Source: Macrostomum lignano | Taxonomy: Eukaryota | Direction: 5' to 3' | Length of the DNA: 64,000 nt | Assembly: GCA_002269645.1 (NCBI GenBank) | Contig: NIVC01002779.1 | Span: 62,001-126,000 of the forward strand | Part shown: piece by piece, positions 40,881-54,008 of the stretch | How the letters are laid out: each line of letters opens with the position of its first letter | Numbering within the stretch: position 1 is the stretch's first letter | Notes under the pieces: model-generated | What the model saw: only the letters and a program-made list of their open reading frames with translations | Database searches by the model: none | Told to the model about the DNA's origin: nothing | Position numbers and translations under genes: made by a program

Positions 40881-42886
40881 ATGCACACTATTTTCTTAGG
40901 AGCAATGCATGTCAATTGTGCACGCCTACTTTTTGAGTGCATGGCCAATGCATGCCCAAATTTTTGGGTATATACTACATAATCCAGAGTGTGGACACCT
41001 TTTTTTAGGAGTGATACACACCAACTATATATGCCTACTTTTGGCAGGCAAGGCCAATGCATACCCAAATTTTTAGACATATATTATATAATCCAGAATA
41101 TGTCATGTCATAGGCTATAGCATATATGCCCAACCTCAAAATTTCATCCATCTGGTGCAACTTAGTTTTGTCTAGATTTGTGACTTAGTTCTTCTTGATT
41201 ACAACTTAGTTCTCCCAATTACAACTTTTTTTCACTTTATATATGACTTTTCTTGCTTTTTTCTCTTTTTTCTTTCCTTTTTCTCTATTTCCCTCCTTTC
41301 TTTTCTTTTTCTATTCCTTTCCTCTCCTTTTTCCCCTAATTTTCTTGATTTTGGGACTTACCTTGGTTGGCTGCCATTTCACCTGTCTGGTTTGGACAGG
41401 TGTTAGGCATATATGGGCTATAGTATAGGCCTAATATAAGGGGTGGTGTGGCCTTTGTTAAGAAAGACTACTTATCAATCATTTGCCAATAGCCTAGGCC
41501 TAATACTAAATAATAGGTAAATGAATTCATTTTGTATAAATTATTATCAAAGAAATTATAAATATGGACTAACTTTCATTTTTCTATTTATAGGCCTAAG
41601 TAGAAAGGCAGGGCCAATAGCTATATAGTAGGCCTATATATTTAAATAAAGTGAGAAAAAATGATTCACAACAATAAAAAGTTTAAATAGCTAAATTGCT
41701 TTGCCATATTCATAGCAAGTTGCATTGTTATAGCTATTTTCTTGAAAAAAACTGCCACACAGGTAAGTGCTTTGGTCAAGCCATGAATTGCAATGATTAA
41801 ACCTAGGCCTGCCCTATATAGAAATGTCTAGCTAAACTCACTGTTAGAAGCAGAAGCACATGTGATATTTACTATTTGTAATATATTAATGGGGCCTATA
41901 TCAAATGCCAATTCCATGGCTCCTCCTAGTTTGTGGGAATTAGCAGCCCCAAATCCACGTTCCATAAACCAGATTCTTAATGCTTTAAGTCTCCTAAAGC
42001 CTCCAAGGACCAAGGCTCATGCCGCTCCTAAAGGCTAAAGCTCCAAAGCCTCCTAAGTTAAAGCCCCATTACTCAATCTGAGCACAATGTGTTCGCGAAT
42101 GCTTAAGCGCCCCCACCTTTCTTCAAGATATGCCGTGTTATCCGGGTATCCCATCCTAAACTCCCTCATTTGAGGCACAATCCCACAATCCATAAAAATT
42201 TCTACTCTTCAAACACAAACTTCTCAGTCCTTAATCCCCTAATTCCATCCCTTCATTTATGAGCCACAACACCAATACTCAACTCTTGACTTGCTCCAAA
42301 TCTTTGCCTCTATCTCTACTGCTATGGCTAATCTGCTTCTCGAAGAATTTTACAGTATGGCATGTAAAAGAGCTGGCGATATGCGATACCTGAAATTTAA
42401 ATAAATTTTTGATAATTTAAATCTAAAAAGTTCCTAGAAAGCTGCGATAAAACAACAAAATGTCAACCCAACAAAGTTTACGAACGACAATGAAACTCTG
42501 TAAAAATAAAGCGTAAATATATATAAAATGGTCTGTCACTTGAAAAAAACTTTTTTAATAATGACAGACCAATTTAACCTGAAAAATCGATTAATGCATC
42601 GTTAAGGCAGCATGTGAGGCACAAAATAGCTTGATTAGAACTTTCTCTGACACTGTTAAGAGACCCAATCACTGTTTTAGTGTTGAAAATCGTGAAATTT
42701 CTAATTTCCGTAATGTATTTTTTCGGTGAAACCTGCTTTAAAACTATTTCTGAAGGAAAAGCTTTATGAATATCGATATAGAGCAATAAGAAAGGCAGAA
42801 CATATCAAAAGATGAACACTGGATCTGCCTCCTATCAAAAGCAAAAACAATTTTTGTGCTGAAAAAATTAAAACCTCCTAACTCTA

Positions 42887-43058
42887 TACCCTAATGCCCT
42901 AATACCCTAATGCCCTAATACCCTAATGCCCTAATACCCTAATGCCCTAATATACCCTAATGCCCTAATACCCTAATGCCCTAATACCCTAATGCCCTAA
43001 TACCCTAATGCCCTAATATACCCTAATGCCCTAATACCCTAATGCCCTAATACCCTAA
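42887..43058. repeat. Telomere-like interstitial array (CCCTAATG-CCCTAATA)n
   Basis: Each 8-mer contains CCCTAA, the reverse complement of TTAGGG, plus 2 nt. Confidence 0.85.
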
Positions 43059-43224
43059 TTATCAGTTCGACGCTGATAAGAATCCACTTGCAAAGCAGCT
43101 GTAGTAAGTAATAATTGACTGAACAACTTCACAAGCAATCAAAGCAAAGAAGCAAAAAAGAAAATAATTCGGCAAGTTAAAACCTTGCAATTGTAATTGG
43201 GAATTTCTAGGAAGCAGACATCGA

Positions 43225-43580
43225 AATTCCGCAAGCAAATTTCGGCAAGCAAAGTTCGCGTCGGCAAGCAAAATTCGGCAAGCAAAGTTCGGCAAGCAAA
43301 GTTCGGCAAGCAAAGTTCGGCAAGCAAAGTTCGGCAAGCAAAGTTCGGCAAGCAGAGTTCGGCAAGCAAAGTTCGGCAAGCAGAGTTCGGCAAGCAAAGT
43401 TCGGCAAGCAAAGTTCGACAAGCAAAGTTCGGCAAGCAAAGTTCGGCAAGCAAAGTTCGGCAAGCAAAGTTCGGCAAGCAAAGTTTGGCAAGCAAAGTTC
43501 GGCAAGCAGAGTTCGGCAAGCAAAGTTCGGCAAGCAAAGTTCGGCAAGCAAAATTCGGCAAGCAAATATTCGCAAGCAAA
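43225..43580. repeat. 14-bp minisatellite (CGGCAAGCAAAGTT)
   Basis: Direct tandem copies. Confidence 0.95.
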
Positions 43581-44364
43581 CGCCGTACTCCCCCAAAATC
43601 CACATGAAAATATGCTCGTATTTTACATCGGGGATGAAGAGGAACTGCAATAGGGTAACCCGCGAGAAGATTACCACTTTTACACTTCTAAAATAAAGCT
43701 CAAGGCTATCAATCTGAACAATAGGCGGAAATCTCATGTGCTTTATGGCCTGTCAAAAATGAGAAAAAACAAGTCACGTGATTCTCGGGAAGACAAAGGA
43801 AAAGCAGGGAAGATAGAAGAGAGGGAAGGAAATAATAGAGAAAATAGAAGAAAGGAAAAAAATGCCATTCCAACTTGCAGTAGTGAGTACTGTACAGGGG
43901 AAGGAGCTCATGTGCCATCACATCAGTGCTGAAAGTCAGTCCTCATCAGAAATGGACACTAAATGGACATATATAAATGGATCTTAAATTGCACCAGTAT
44001 TTTTCACTATCCAGAGGCTTTTCACTACTAAAAGTAGTAGTTTTGCAAACCACATGGTTCCATCTATTTTAGAAAAAATCTACCGATTATTAATTTGCTA
44101 CCGATGAAATAAAAAAAATTCAGATTTATTTAGATTTCAGGTTTATACGAGTAGTTTTGGTGCAAACTAATGATTGGTCAAGATTGATTATTTAAGAATT
44201 TATTTGCGATGTTTTCCGTAGTCGATCTGAATAATCAATTGCGACTTAAAATGTGACTTAATGAGCCCTCTCTAGGTCAGGCCCGCGAAGCCTCTCTATC
44301 CGGCTTCTATCTCTCCGCTCTCCTTTGAAAATTCACCATAGCAACAATCCGGTTTGCTCAAGGC

Positions 44365-45025
44365 TTGTTTCTTCTCCGCTGTCTTTTGTTCTCTCTCCTC
44401 TTTCCCCTCTTCTCTCTCCCCTCTCCTCTCTTCCCTCTTCCCTCTCTTCTTCTCTCTTCTCTCCTCTCTCCTGTCTCCTCTTTTCTCTTCCCTCTCTTTC
44501 TCTTCCCTCTCCTTCTCTCCCCTCTCCTTTTCTCCTTCTATTTCTCTCTCCTCTCTCCCCTCTCCTCTCTCCCCTCTCCTCTCTCCCCTCTCCTCTCTCC
44601 CCTCTCCTCTCTCCCCTCTCCTCTCTCCTCTCTCCCCTCTCCCCTCTCCTCTCTCCCCTCTCCTCTCTCCCCTCCCCTCTCTCCCCTCTCCTCTCTCCCC
44701 TCCCCTCTCTCCCCTCTCCTCTCTCCCCTCTCCTCTCTCCCCTCCCCTCTCTCCCCTCTCCTCTCTCCCCTCTCCTCTCTCCCCTCTCCTCTCTCCCCTC
44801 TCCTCTCTCCCCTCTCCTCTCTCCCCTCTCCTCTCTCTCCCCTCTCCTCTCTTCTCTCTTCTCTCCTCTCTCCTGTCTCCTCTCTTCTCTTCCCTCTCAT
44901 CTCTCCTCTCTCTTTTTCTCCCAATTTTCTCTCCCCTCTACCCTCTCCTCTCTCTCTCCCCTCTATCCTCTCTCTTCTTCTCTCTTCTTCTCTCTTCTTC
45001 TCTCTTCTTCTCTCTTCTCTCCTCT
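44365..45025. repeat. Polypyrimidine tract (CTCTCCCCTCTC-type), resuming at ~45460-45600
   Basis: Almost pure C/T on the + strand. Confidence 0.9.
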
Positions 45026-45458
45026 ATACAACGCCGAGATGTGGACGCTGACGGCTACGCTAGAGCGGCGGCTGGACTCAGAGCACTCAGGGCTGCTCCG
45101 TGCGGCCTTTCGAGCTGACGAGAGCGTCGGGACCGAAGCCCTGTACGATCGGGCCAAGCTGCAGCGCCCGTCCACCATCCTGCGCCCACGGCGACTTCAA
45201 CTGGCGGGCCACGTGATCCGGTCCGAAGGCTACTGCCCCCAACCTGTTCACCTTGCTCACCTTGCAGAGTCCGTTCAGGCGGGGTCAGGCCCGAACCCGT
45301 CGATACGTGGACTGCCTGCTGTGCGACGCTGGGGTGCCCGACACTGCCAACGGAGCGGATTTTGCTCCCAGGCTCTGCAGCGCGCCATCTGACGCGCCCT
45401 GCTCTAACTGTGACCTTCGCTTGCGGGGCCGCGTATTTTGCTGTATTTTGTTGTTGTT
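45024..45458 (+). mobile_element. Short 3' fragment of an RTE-like LINE related to 38187-39338, inserted in the C/T tract
   Basis: LYNAEMWTLTATLERRLD...GLLRAAF...LQLAGHVIRSEGYCPQPV parallels the larger copy; ends in TTGTTGTTG. Confidence 0.85.
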
Positions 45459-46457
45459 TTCTCTCCTCTCTATCCTCATTTCTCTCTTCTCTCCTCTCTA
45501 TCCTCTTCTCTCATCTCATCTTATCTCTTATCTCTTCTCTCATCCATTTCTCGCTTCGCTTCTTTTCTCTCATCTCCTATTCCTCTCTCCTTTCCTCTCT
45601 AATCTGGCCCGCAGCCATGAGCTGGATTTTTTATCTGGCCCTTGAGGTAAAAAAGTTTCGCGATCCCTGCTTTAGGTTCTCAGCCAGAAAGGTGTCATAA
45701 GGGGAGCTACACTTGTGCAAAGTTCTGTTTGTTTTTCCCTGCATTGGCCACGTGCCAAGAGAGGGGAGAGAGGGAATAGAGGGAAGAAAACGAGAGACAA
45801 GGGCAGCGAGAGGACGAATCCGGCGCATTTCAACGCGCGCCTCCCCTCTCGTCCTTCCCTCCCGAGGGTCTACTGCACCGGCGCATGCTTACTTCAGCAG
45901 GGACCTCCCGTCCAGCCAATGCAAGCAGCAAGCCGCGTGCATGTACGGACTGAAAGGAGAGACAGTCCTCACACTACGCTGGAGAGGATTATTAAGCTGT
46001 GCGTGGTATAAGCGTGTGCGGGAAATTCAGTGCACTACGTACACTACTGCTGTGGGGATTCCAGGGCTGGCTCGATGCCAAGTCCCGGGAGGGGAACTAC
46101 AGCATGCAAGCAAGGATCTGCCGGGAGGGCGCGGACTTGCTGACTCAGAGCCCGCCTACGCACTGTGTGCTAAGCTAAGGGAAAATGCTTCTTGGTCCTT
46201 GCCGGCGAGCATGCGGATAGCATGCAGGAGGATTGGGTAGAACAGTTGCCAAAAATCCTCTCTCATCAGCTAGAAGTGCACGCGGTTCCTTTCCAGTGTC
46301 ACTTGAAAGCTATATAGAAGTTTATACATGTAAGTAAGCGCAAGCACATACAGTGGGAGAAGTTACGCTAAGTGCGTTTGCACCCAAATTTACAAGTGCT
46401 ACATTGCTACATGTAAGAGTAAGACACGTGTGCAGCATGTAAGCATAAACTGCAATG

Positions 46458-46821
46458 CAGGCGCGTCGCCATCGGGGGGGGGGGACAGGGGGACATGTCC
46501 CCCCAGTAAAAGCTATGGGGGACATGCTAATGCTTTGTCCCCCCCCCACCCCACCTTGTGACTCGTTGTGGTAATCAATAATTTTTCTTTAGGGCGCCAA
46601 AATATAGCGCCTTCGGCGCCAAAAGTATCGATGCTTGCGGCGCCAAAAGGAATGCTTGCGGCGCTAAAATGAGTGCCTGCGGCGCCAATATGAGTAAATG
46701 AGCGCTGACAACACGATTCTCAAAATAATGGAAATGTTGGAATTTAGTCATGTACATGTACTGTACATGTTCAATTCTTGGTTTTGTCCCCCCACCATAA
46801 AATCCAGGGGCGACGCCCCTG
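46458..46821. mobile_element. hAT-like non-autonomous element (MITE), 364 bp
   Basis: TIRs CAGGCGCGTCGCC / GGCGACGCCCCTG; 8-bp TSD CTGCAATG / CTGCAATA; internal few-copy GCGGCGCCAAAATGAGTGCCT-like units. Confidence 0.8.
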
Positions 46822-47815
46822 CTGCAATAGCTCACTACTACGGAGCTGCTATACACATACATCGATTTGAATTCCTCAGAGCCCTCAGCTCTGAACAACA
46901 TTCGCACACATCTAATTAGTTCTGACACAAGTACAACAGTGGCAATAGTCTCAAAGTCACCTACATACCGTATATACCAGGAAGAGGCAAGACATTCCAA
47001 CTCAACAAAGGAGCTCTACCAAAAGCCCGAAATGATACTCTGGAAGAGAACCGCTCAACAGCCGAGAACCGTATATCGACATAGAAAACTCGGATGAAAG
47101 CTCGAATATCTGAAACAGATGTACAACTGAATTTAGGTGGATTTATTAGTTGATCCCAGTCGTATTCAACTAATTTTGCGTACAATTTCGAATGCTGCAA
47201 AAAAGTTTTGGAGCGAAATCGAGTTTTCAGAGTGCATACAAAATGACGCGCATATGCTTAACGAAAATTTGGAAAGAAAAAAGAATGGAACAGTCTGTTG
47301 ATGGACAGATCTCTATCTGCAGGGGTTTCATTGAATGATAGAATCATTGGTGATGCCTTCCATCTGACGATTTTCCAAACAGAGGGTATGTATAGACTGG
47401 CAATTGCAGATTTTATTGATTTTTTTCTGCAACAACAGAGTAAGGCTTCTGTAGGCTTATGCACTGTGTATTATATACTATAATCTTGCGATGTTTGCAA
47501 TCATTGAGCCATGAGCATCTACAACTGTCGATTGGCTCACTTGGACATAAATATGTACAAATGGGATGTGAATTTAAGAGTCAAAATGGAACCTGAAGCA
47601 ATGGGTCCCGATTTCTCTACGTCAATCTCTTCATTTGGAGCCAAAATAGCTCCCGTTATGCCGAAAACCGAGAACTTTAGCGTTTGGAGATCTCTATGGG
47701 GAGAAATGGGATAAATGGGGGTTTCATGTGATGGAAAACCTTCCGAAACGTCTCAAAGGGTTAACCTCCACTTCGTCAAAGTAGAAATCGGTCTGTCTAA
47801 AATGTGTGACACAAA

Positions 47816-49292
47816 CCCAATTTGACGTCTGCGACTAAGCGAATTCCGCTTTCAGAAATGATGCAGGAAATGTTATACAGTCGGGAAAAATCAGAGGCGA
47901 AACATATAGCACAAAACACAATGAGAGCTGGGGTGGGGGATAACATAAACGTAAACATAAACATAACAATAATGCCGCTCTTATTCTTCATACAAACATA
48001 AAAAGAGCGTTTATCGTGGTCATCTCGTCATTTAAGCACTTGATTGGCGTTGAGAAACTGGGACCGAATGTTCGGGCTCCATTTTGACTCTTAAGTTCAC
48101 ATCCTCTTTTTATATATTTACATGGGCATATTATGCCTACATGTAAACAATAACAGAATAATAAATATTTCTACTTAATATATCCATTGTCTTCAAAGCG
48201 ACCATCAAATCCGTCCGTTCAGTGCTTGCCTCTCCGCTGAATTCGGTCTGTGACCCGACATCTGTGTCCAAGACTCCAAGGTCGAGACGGTACTGTTGTG
48301 CAACTCAAAGACCTGGTCGTTGACCAGAAAATGCCTATCATAAAAAACGCACTTTCAAGCAAAATTTAACGTTTGAAGACATAATGTTCATACTTTTGAC
48401 ATGGTATGTTCTCATGCAGTTACAACTGCAACAACAAAAATACGTTGTCAGCCAGTCAAGCGTGGGACAACGTCACAGGGCGCGTTTCAGAGGCCTGGGC
48501 GGGAACGTAGGCTGCACAATTTTGTCTTTGCTACATGAGTATAACTGGAGTATAAACCCTGCTTTAATGATTGATAAAAATATGGTGTAGCGTAGCGTTC
48601 GACTGTATGTAAAATGTAGGGCTTAAAGGCCGACACAGACCGCCCCTAGCCTTCTCTATCCTTTTGCACTCAAGCACAGTGAAGTTTTTTATGCATGCGG
48701 CAAGAGGCTTGTGTAGCACAGTTCAATGCAATTAATATCAGATAGGCAGGGGTAGAGAGGGCAGTAAACACGAATATCAAGCTCACTCTGAGGGCGGAGC
48801 CCCCCAACGAGGGGGGGGGGTGCGTGCCGGGGGTCGAGGTCAAACTTAGTGCAATTCCGGGGCCGCTTGTATTGCTTGAGTGCATGCGAATGCTATGGCT
48901 CTGCTTGCGTGGGAGGAGTGCATTGGAATCAATGTCTTTGTCCTGAGCAGATATCTGGCACCGCCAGCACAAACACAAGCGCCATTACCGGTGCAAATGA
49001 GCCGGAAAAAATCGCGTGAATCTCGGATTACTAAGATTAGAACACTTCAACAGAGGGAAAATGCAAGCCCAAGTAATTAAAGACAGGCAGTAATCTTCTT
49101 TTCTCTTGAAGCGGGGAATTTGAAGACCCGTTCCCCATATAGGGATCATAAAATGTTTATAGAAAATATGGGGGAAATGCACTCGCTTTACGTTAGTGCT
49201 TTATGTTTCGCCTCTGATTTTTCCCGACTGGATAAAATTTCCTGCATCATTTCTGAAAGCGGAATTCGCTTAGTCGCAGACGTCAAATTGGG
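47816..49292. repeat. Pair of ~97-bp near-identical inverted repeats (47816-47912 and 49196-49292)
   Basis: CCCAATTTGACGTCTGCGACTAAGCGAATTCCGCTTTCAGAAATGATGCAGGAAA... and its reverse complement; about 3 mismatches by eye. Confidence 0.85.
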
Positions 49293-49603
49293 GATCATAA
49301 ATTAGCCAGCTTTGCTGCTCTAGACGGAGAGACGGGGTGATTCTCGAGTATTGCAGCATCGCGAATTTTAAGGCCTCCCCTCTTCCAAGGGTGCAATCCT
49401 GTCTTCTCACATTGAGAGTTATTAAATGCATTTTATTGCACCTGCACTGTGTATTTCCGCTCTTCATTCATTCCTCCAGTTTATTGTCACTAATTTCTAA
49501 TCATTTCCTAGAACCCTAAGGAAACTTGCAGAAACTCCAACCTCTACCAGTAAAGAGTATAGTATTTTGATACTTCAGTTCTACAGTATGATAATTCAGG
49601 TCA

Positions 49604-50012
49604 GCTGAGATGCCAAGGCTTACTGGGGGAATCGATCAGATGCCAAGGCTTACTGGGGGAATCGCTGAGATGTCATGGCTTACTGGGGGAATCGCTGAGA
49701 TGTCATGGCTTACTGGGGGAATCGCTGAGTTGTCAAGGCTTACTGGGGGAATCGCTGAGTTGTCAAGGCTTACTGGGGGAATCGCTGAGATGTCATGGCT
49801 TACTGGGGGAATCGCTGAGTTGTCAAGGCTTACTGGGGGAATCGCTGAGATGTCATGGCTTACTGGGGGAATCGCTGAGATGTCAAGGCTTACTGGGGAA
49901 TCGCTGAGTTGTCAAGGCTTACTGGGGGAATCGCTGAGTTGTCAAGGCTTACTGGGGGAATCGCTGAGATGTCATGGCTTACTGGGGGAATCGCTGAGTT
50001 GTCAAGGCTTAC
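49604..50012. repeat. 30-bp minisatellite (GGCTTACTGGGGGAATCGCTGAGATGTCAT)
   Basis: Direct tandem copies. Confidence 0.95.
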
Positions 50013-50811
50013 GGCGGAATTGCTAAAAAGTCAATGCAAATAGGATTCACGTAAAATAATTTCCGTCCCTTGCTTATTGGGCACTAGAAGGAGGGCACTA
50101 GATTGCTAGCTTACAGAGTGATAGTTCCGTCTCGTGAAACTTCGATCTTATGAAGCGATCCATTCTGTGTTTCCAGATCTAAAACGACTACCAAAGAAAG
50201 AAAGTGACAGAATCGTGTTCCAGCTGTTGTATACAAAACAGTTTGGCAGGTGCCTGTCGGATCTGCTGAAATGGGCGTGCAGTATTTGAATTCGGATTGG
50301 CTTTCCTTTCCAAGCTATTTTTAGCACCACCCGCGTGCCGTGCGTCATGCTGCGGGGATTCCCAGCCAGCCACCCCACTCCAACAAAAGAGGGGTGGGGC
50401 ACAGCCTGTGCACTCGCATTGGTAGGCAAGGAGAGCCTTTTAAGGCCAAACAGAGACGGAGAGAAGCGAGTTCTGATCTGACTTACAATGCTTTAGCCTC
50501 AGCCATGCCGCCTATATTAGTGGAGATGCGGTGAGAAACTAATGCTTTACAGAAATCGAAAATGCTTTAAAGAATGCTTTACAGTCCGATTTGCAGACAT
50601 TTCTTCGTTTGTCCAGCTGAGTGAAAAAGTCCAAAACCGCTGGTAAGTTTCTTCTGCTTTGCTTACATAGTATTCATACCAAAAAATTGATACCGATGAC
50701 AAACTTATTGATCTTCACGATAGATTGCATGAGATCGAAGCATTTATTTAGATTTGTTATATCTTGCTGGTTAGTGATTTTAGATTTTAGGCGATTTTAC
50801 GTCAGTTAAGG

Positions 50812-52435
50812 AGATAGGAGATGATTTCCCGGAGTTCAGGAGACATGAGATGATTTCCCGGAGTTCAGGAGACAGGAGATGATTTCCCGGAGTTCACGGG
50901 AGACAGGAGATGATTTCCCGGAGTTCAGGAGACAGGAGATGATTTCCCGGAGTTCAGGAGACAGGAGATGATTTCCCGGAGTTCAGGAGACAGGAGATGA
51001 TTTCCCGGAGTTCAGGAGACAGGAGATGATTTCCCGAAGCTCAGGAGACATGAGATGATTTCCCGGAGCTCAGGAGACATGAGATGATTTCCCGGAGTTC
51101 AGGAGACAGGAGATGATTTCCCGGAGTTCAGGAGACAGGAGATGATTTCCCGGAGCTCAGGAGACAGGAGATGATTTCCCGGAGCTCAGGAGACATGAGA
51201 TGATTTCCCGGAGTTCAGGAGACAGGAGATGATTTCCCGGAGTTCAGGAGACATGAGATGATTTCCCGGAGTTCAGGAGACAGGAGATGATTTCCCGGAG
51301 CTCAGGAGACATGAGATGATTTCCCGGAGCTCAGGAGACATGAGATGATTTCCCGGAGCTCAGGAGACATGAGATGATTTCCCGGAGCTCAGGAGACATG
51401 AGATGATTTCCCAAAGTTCAGGGGACAGGAGATGATTTCCCGGAGTTCACGGGAGACAGGAGATGATTTCCCGAAGTTCTGGGGACAGGAAATGATTTCC
51501 CGGAGTTCAGGAGACAGGAAATGATTTCCCGGAGTTTAGGAGACAGGAGATGATTTCCCGGAGTTTACGGGAGACAGGAGATGATTTCCCGGAGCTCAGG
51601 AGACATGAGATGATTTCCCGGAGTTCAGGAGACAGGAGATGATTTCCCGGAGCTCAGGAGACATGAGATGATTTCCCGGAGCTCAGGAGACATGAGATGA
51701 TTTCCCGGAGCTCAGGAGACATGAGATGATTTCCCGGAGCTCAGGAGACATGAGATGATTTCCCGGAGCTCAGGAGACATGAGATGATTTCCCGGAGCTC
51801 AGGAGACATGAGATGATTTCCCGGAGCTCAGGAGACATGAGATGATTTCCCAAAGTTCAGGAGACAGGAGATGATTTCCCGGAGTTCACGGGAGATGATT
51901 TCCCAGAGTTCAGGAGACAGGAGATGATTTCCCAGAGTTCAGGAGACAGGAGATGATTTCCCGGAGTTCAGGAGACAGGAGATGATTTCCCGGAGTTCAC
52001 GGGAGACAGGAGATGATTTCCCGGAGTTCACGGGAGACAGGAGATGATTTCCCGGAGTTCACGGGAGACAGGAGATGATTTCCCGGAGTTCACGGGAGAC
52101 AGGAGATGATTTCCCAGAGTTCAGGAGACAGGAGATGATTTCCCAGAGTTCAGGAGACAGGAGATGATTTCCCGGAGTTCAGGAGACAGGAGATGATTTC
52201 CCGGAGTTCACGGGAGACAGGAGATGATTTCCCGGAGTTCACGGGAGACAGGAGATGATTTCCCGGAGTTCACGGGAGACAGGAGATGATTTCCCGGAGT
52301 TCACGGGAGACAGGAGATGATTTCCCAGAGTTCAGGAGACGGGGGGATGATTTCCTGGAGTTTAGGAGACGGGAGATAATTTCCTAGACTTCAGGAGACA
52401 GGAGATGATTTCCCGGAGTTCAGGAGAGAGGAGAT
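50812..52435. repeat. ~29-bp minisatellite (GGAGACAGGAGATGATTTCCCGGAGTTCA), 1.6 kb
   Basis: Direct tandem copies with block-wise variants (CATGAG, GCTCAG, TTCACGG). Confidence 0.95.
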
Positions 52436-52827
52436 CTCATCATCACTTAGTTTATCAGGTCTGTCCTACTGGTAAGATCACGGCAGACGTCTGACTAATT
52501 AACTGATGGTGCAGCACGTTCGAAGTTGTGCGCTTGGCTATAAATAATTTATTATAATGCTCAATTTTAGAACGGTTGCTATCTTCGTTCTGTCTGCTGG
52601 CTCGCCGTCTTCGTGCTTCGGATGTGAGGACAGATATGTTTACCCGCTGCAGTGACGTGAGTAACAGATGATAAATCAACTTCTTATCTCAACATCCTCA
52701 TTTGTGCAGAATGCTAGCCGGAAGTATGGCCGATTGTGTCCTGGTCTGTCGCATTCGATTTACGGATATTTCACTGCTGATTTACTAGCTGTACGGGCTA
52801 GGATCTGATGCAAATTTTGCATGTAAC

Positions 52828-54008
52828 CAGGGGCGTCCTCACAGTGCCTACATGGCATTGCTTCCCGCTATGGAAATTCAGGATTTTGCTTCAGGGCGCT
52901 AAAATGAGTATCTGTGGCGCTAAAATGAGTGCCTGCTTTGGCGCCTAAATGAGTGCCCGGCTGCAGCGCCAAAATGAGTGCCTGCAGCGCCAAAATGAGT
53001 GCCTGCAGCGGCAAAATGAGTGCCTGCAGCGCCAAAATGAGTGCCTGCAGCGCCAAAATGAGTGCCTGCAGAGCCAAAATGAGTGCCTACAGAGCCAAAA
53101 TGAGTGCCTGCAGAGCCAAAATGAGTGCCTGCAGAGCCAAAATGAGTGCCTCCAGAGCCAAAATGAGTGCCTGCAGCGCCAAAATGAGTGCCTATAGCGC
53201 CAAAATGAGTGCCCGGCTGCGACGCTAAATGAGTGCCTATAGCGCCAAAATGAGGGCCTGCAGCGCCAAAATGAGTGCCTGCAGAGCCAAAATGAGTGCC
53301 TCCAGAGCCAAAATGAGTGCCTGCAGCGCCAAAATGAGTGCCTATAGCGCCAAAATGAGTGCCCGGCTGCGACGCTAAATGAGTGCCTATAGCGCCAAAA
53401 TGAGTGCCTGCAGCGCCAAAATGAGGGCCTGCAGCGCCAAAATGGGTGCCTGCAGCGCCAAAATGAGTGCCTGCAGCGCCAAAATGAGTGCCTGCAGAGC
53501 CAAAATGAGTGCCTGGCTGCGGCGCTAAATGAGTGCCTGTGGCACCAAAATGAGTGCCTGCAGAGCCAAAATGAGTACCTGCAGAGCCAAAATGAGTGCC
53601 TGCAAAGCCAAAATGAGTGCCTGCAGAGCCAAAATGAGTGCCTGCAAAGCCAAAATGAGTGCCTGCAGAGCCAAAATGAGTGCCTGCAGAGCCAAAATGA
53701 GTGCCTGCAGAGCCAAAATGAGTGCCTGGCTGCGGCGCTAAATGAGTGCCTGTGGCACCAAAATGGGTGCCTGCAGCGCCAAAATGAGTGCCTGCAGCGC
53801 CAAAATGAGTGCCTGGCTGCGGCGCTAAATGAGTGCCTGTGGCACCAAAATGAGTGCCTGCAGAGCCAAAATGAGTGCCTGCAGAGCCAAAATGAGTGCC
53901 TGGCTGCGGCGCAAAAAATCAGTACTAACAGCACGGCTTCTCAAAACACAATGAAGGAGAATTTTTCGTTTAGAATTCCTGGTCCCCCACCATAAATTCC
54001 ATGGCGAT
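52828..54008. mobile_element. Second copy of the 46458-46821 MITE family, inflated by an internal 21-bp minisatellite (52905-53915)
   Basis: Starts CAGGGGCGTC; contains the GCAGCGCCAAAATGAGTGCCT array; ends GTCCCCCACCATAAATTCCATGGCGA, matching GTCCCCCACCATAAAATCCAGGGGCGA of the short copy; right TIR truncated. Confidence 0.7.

Noticed and set aside
44325-45392. 355-aa ORF fusing an SPL-rich region to an RT-like tail
   Set aside because: Chance read-through of a C/T tract into a truncated LINE fragment; TTG start.
45713-46240. 175-aa ORF and neighbouring ORFs
   Set aside because: TTG/GTG starts, no domain or clear splice pattern, and no codon signature like the real exons.
47755-47763. AAGGGTTAA resembling a piggyBac right end
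   Set aside because: No matching TTAACCCT left end found upstream.
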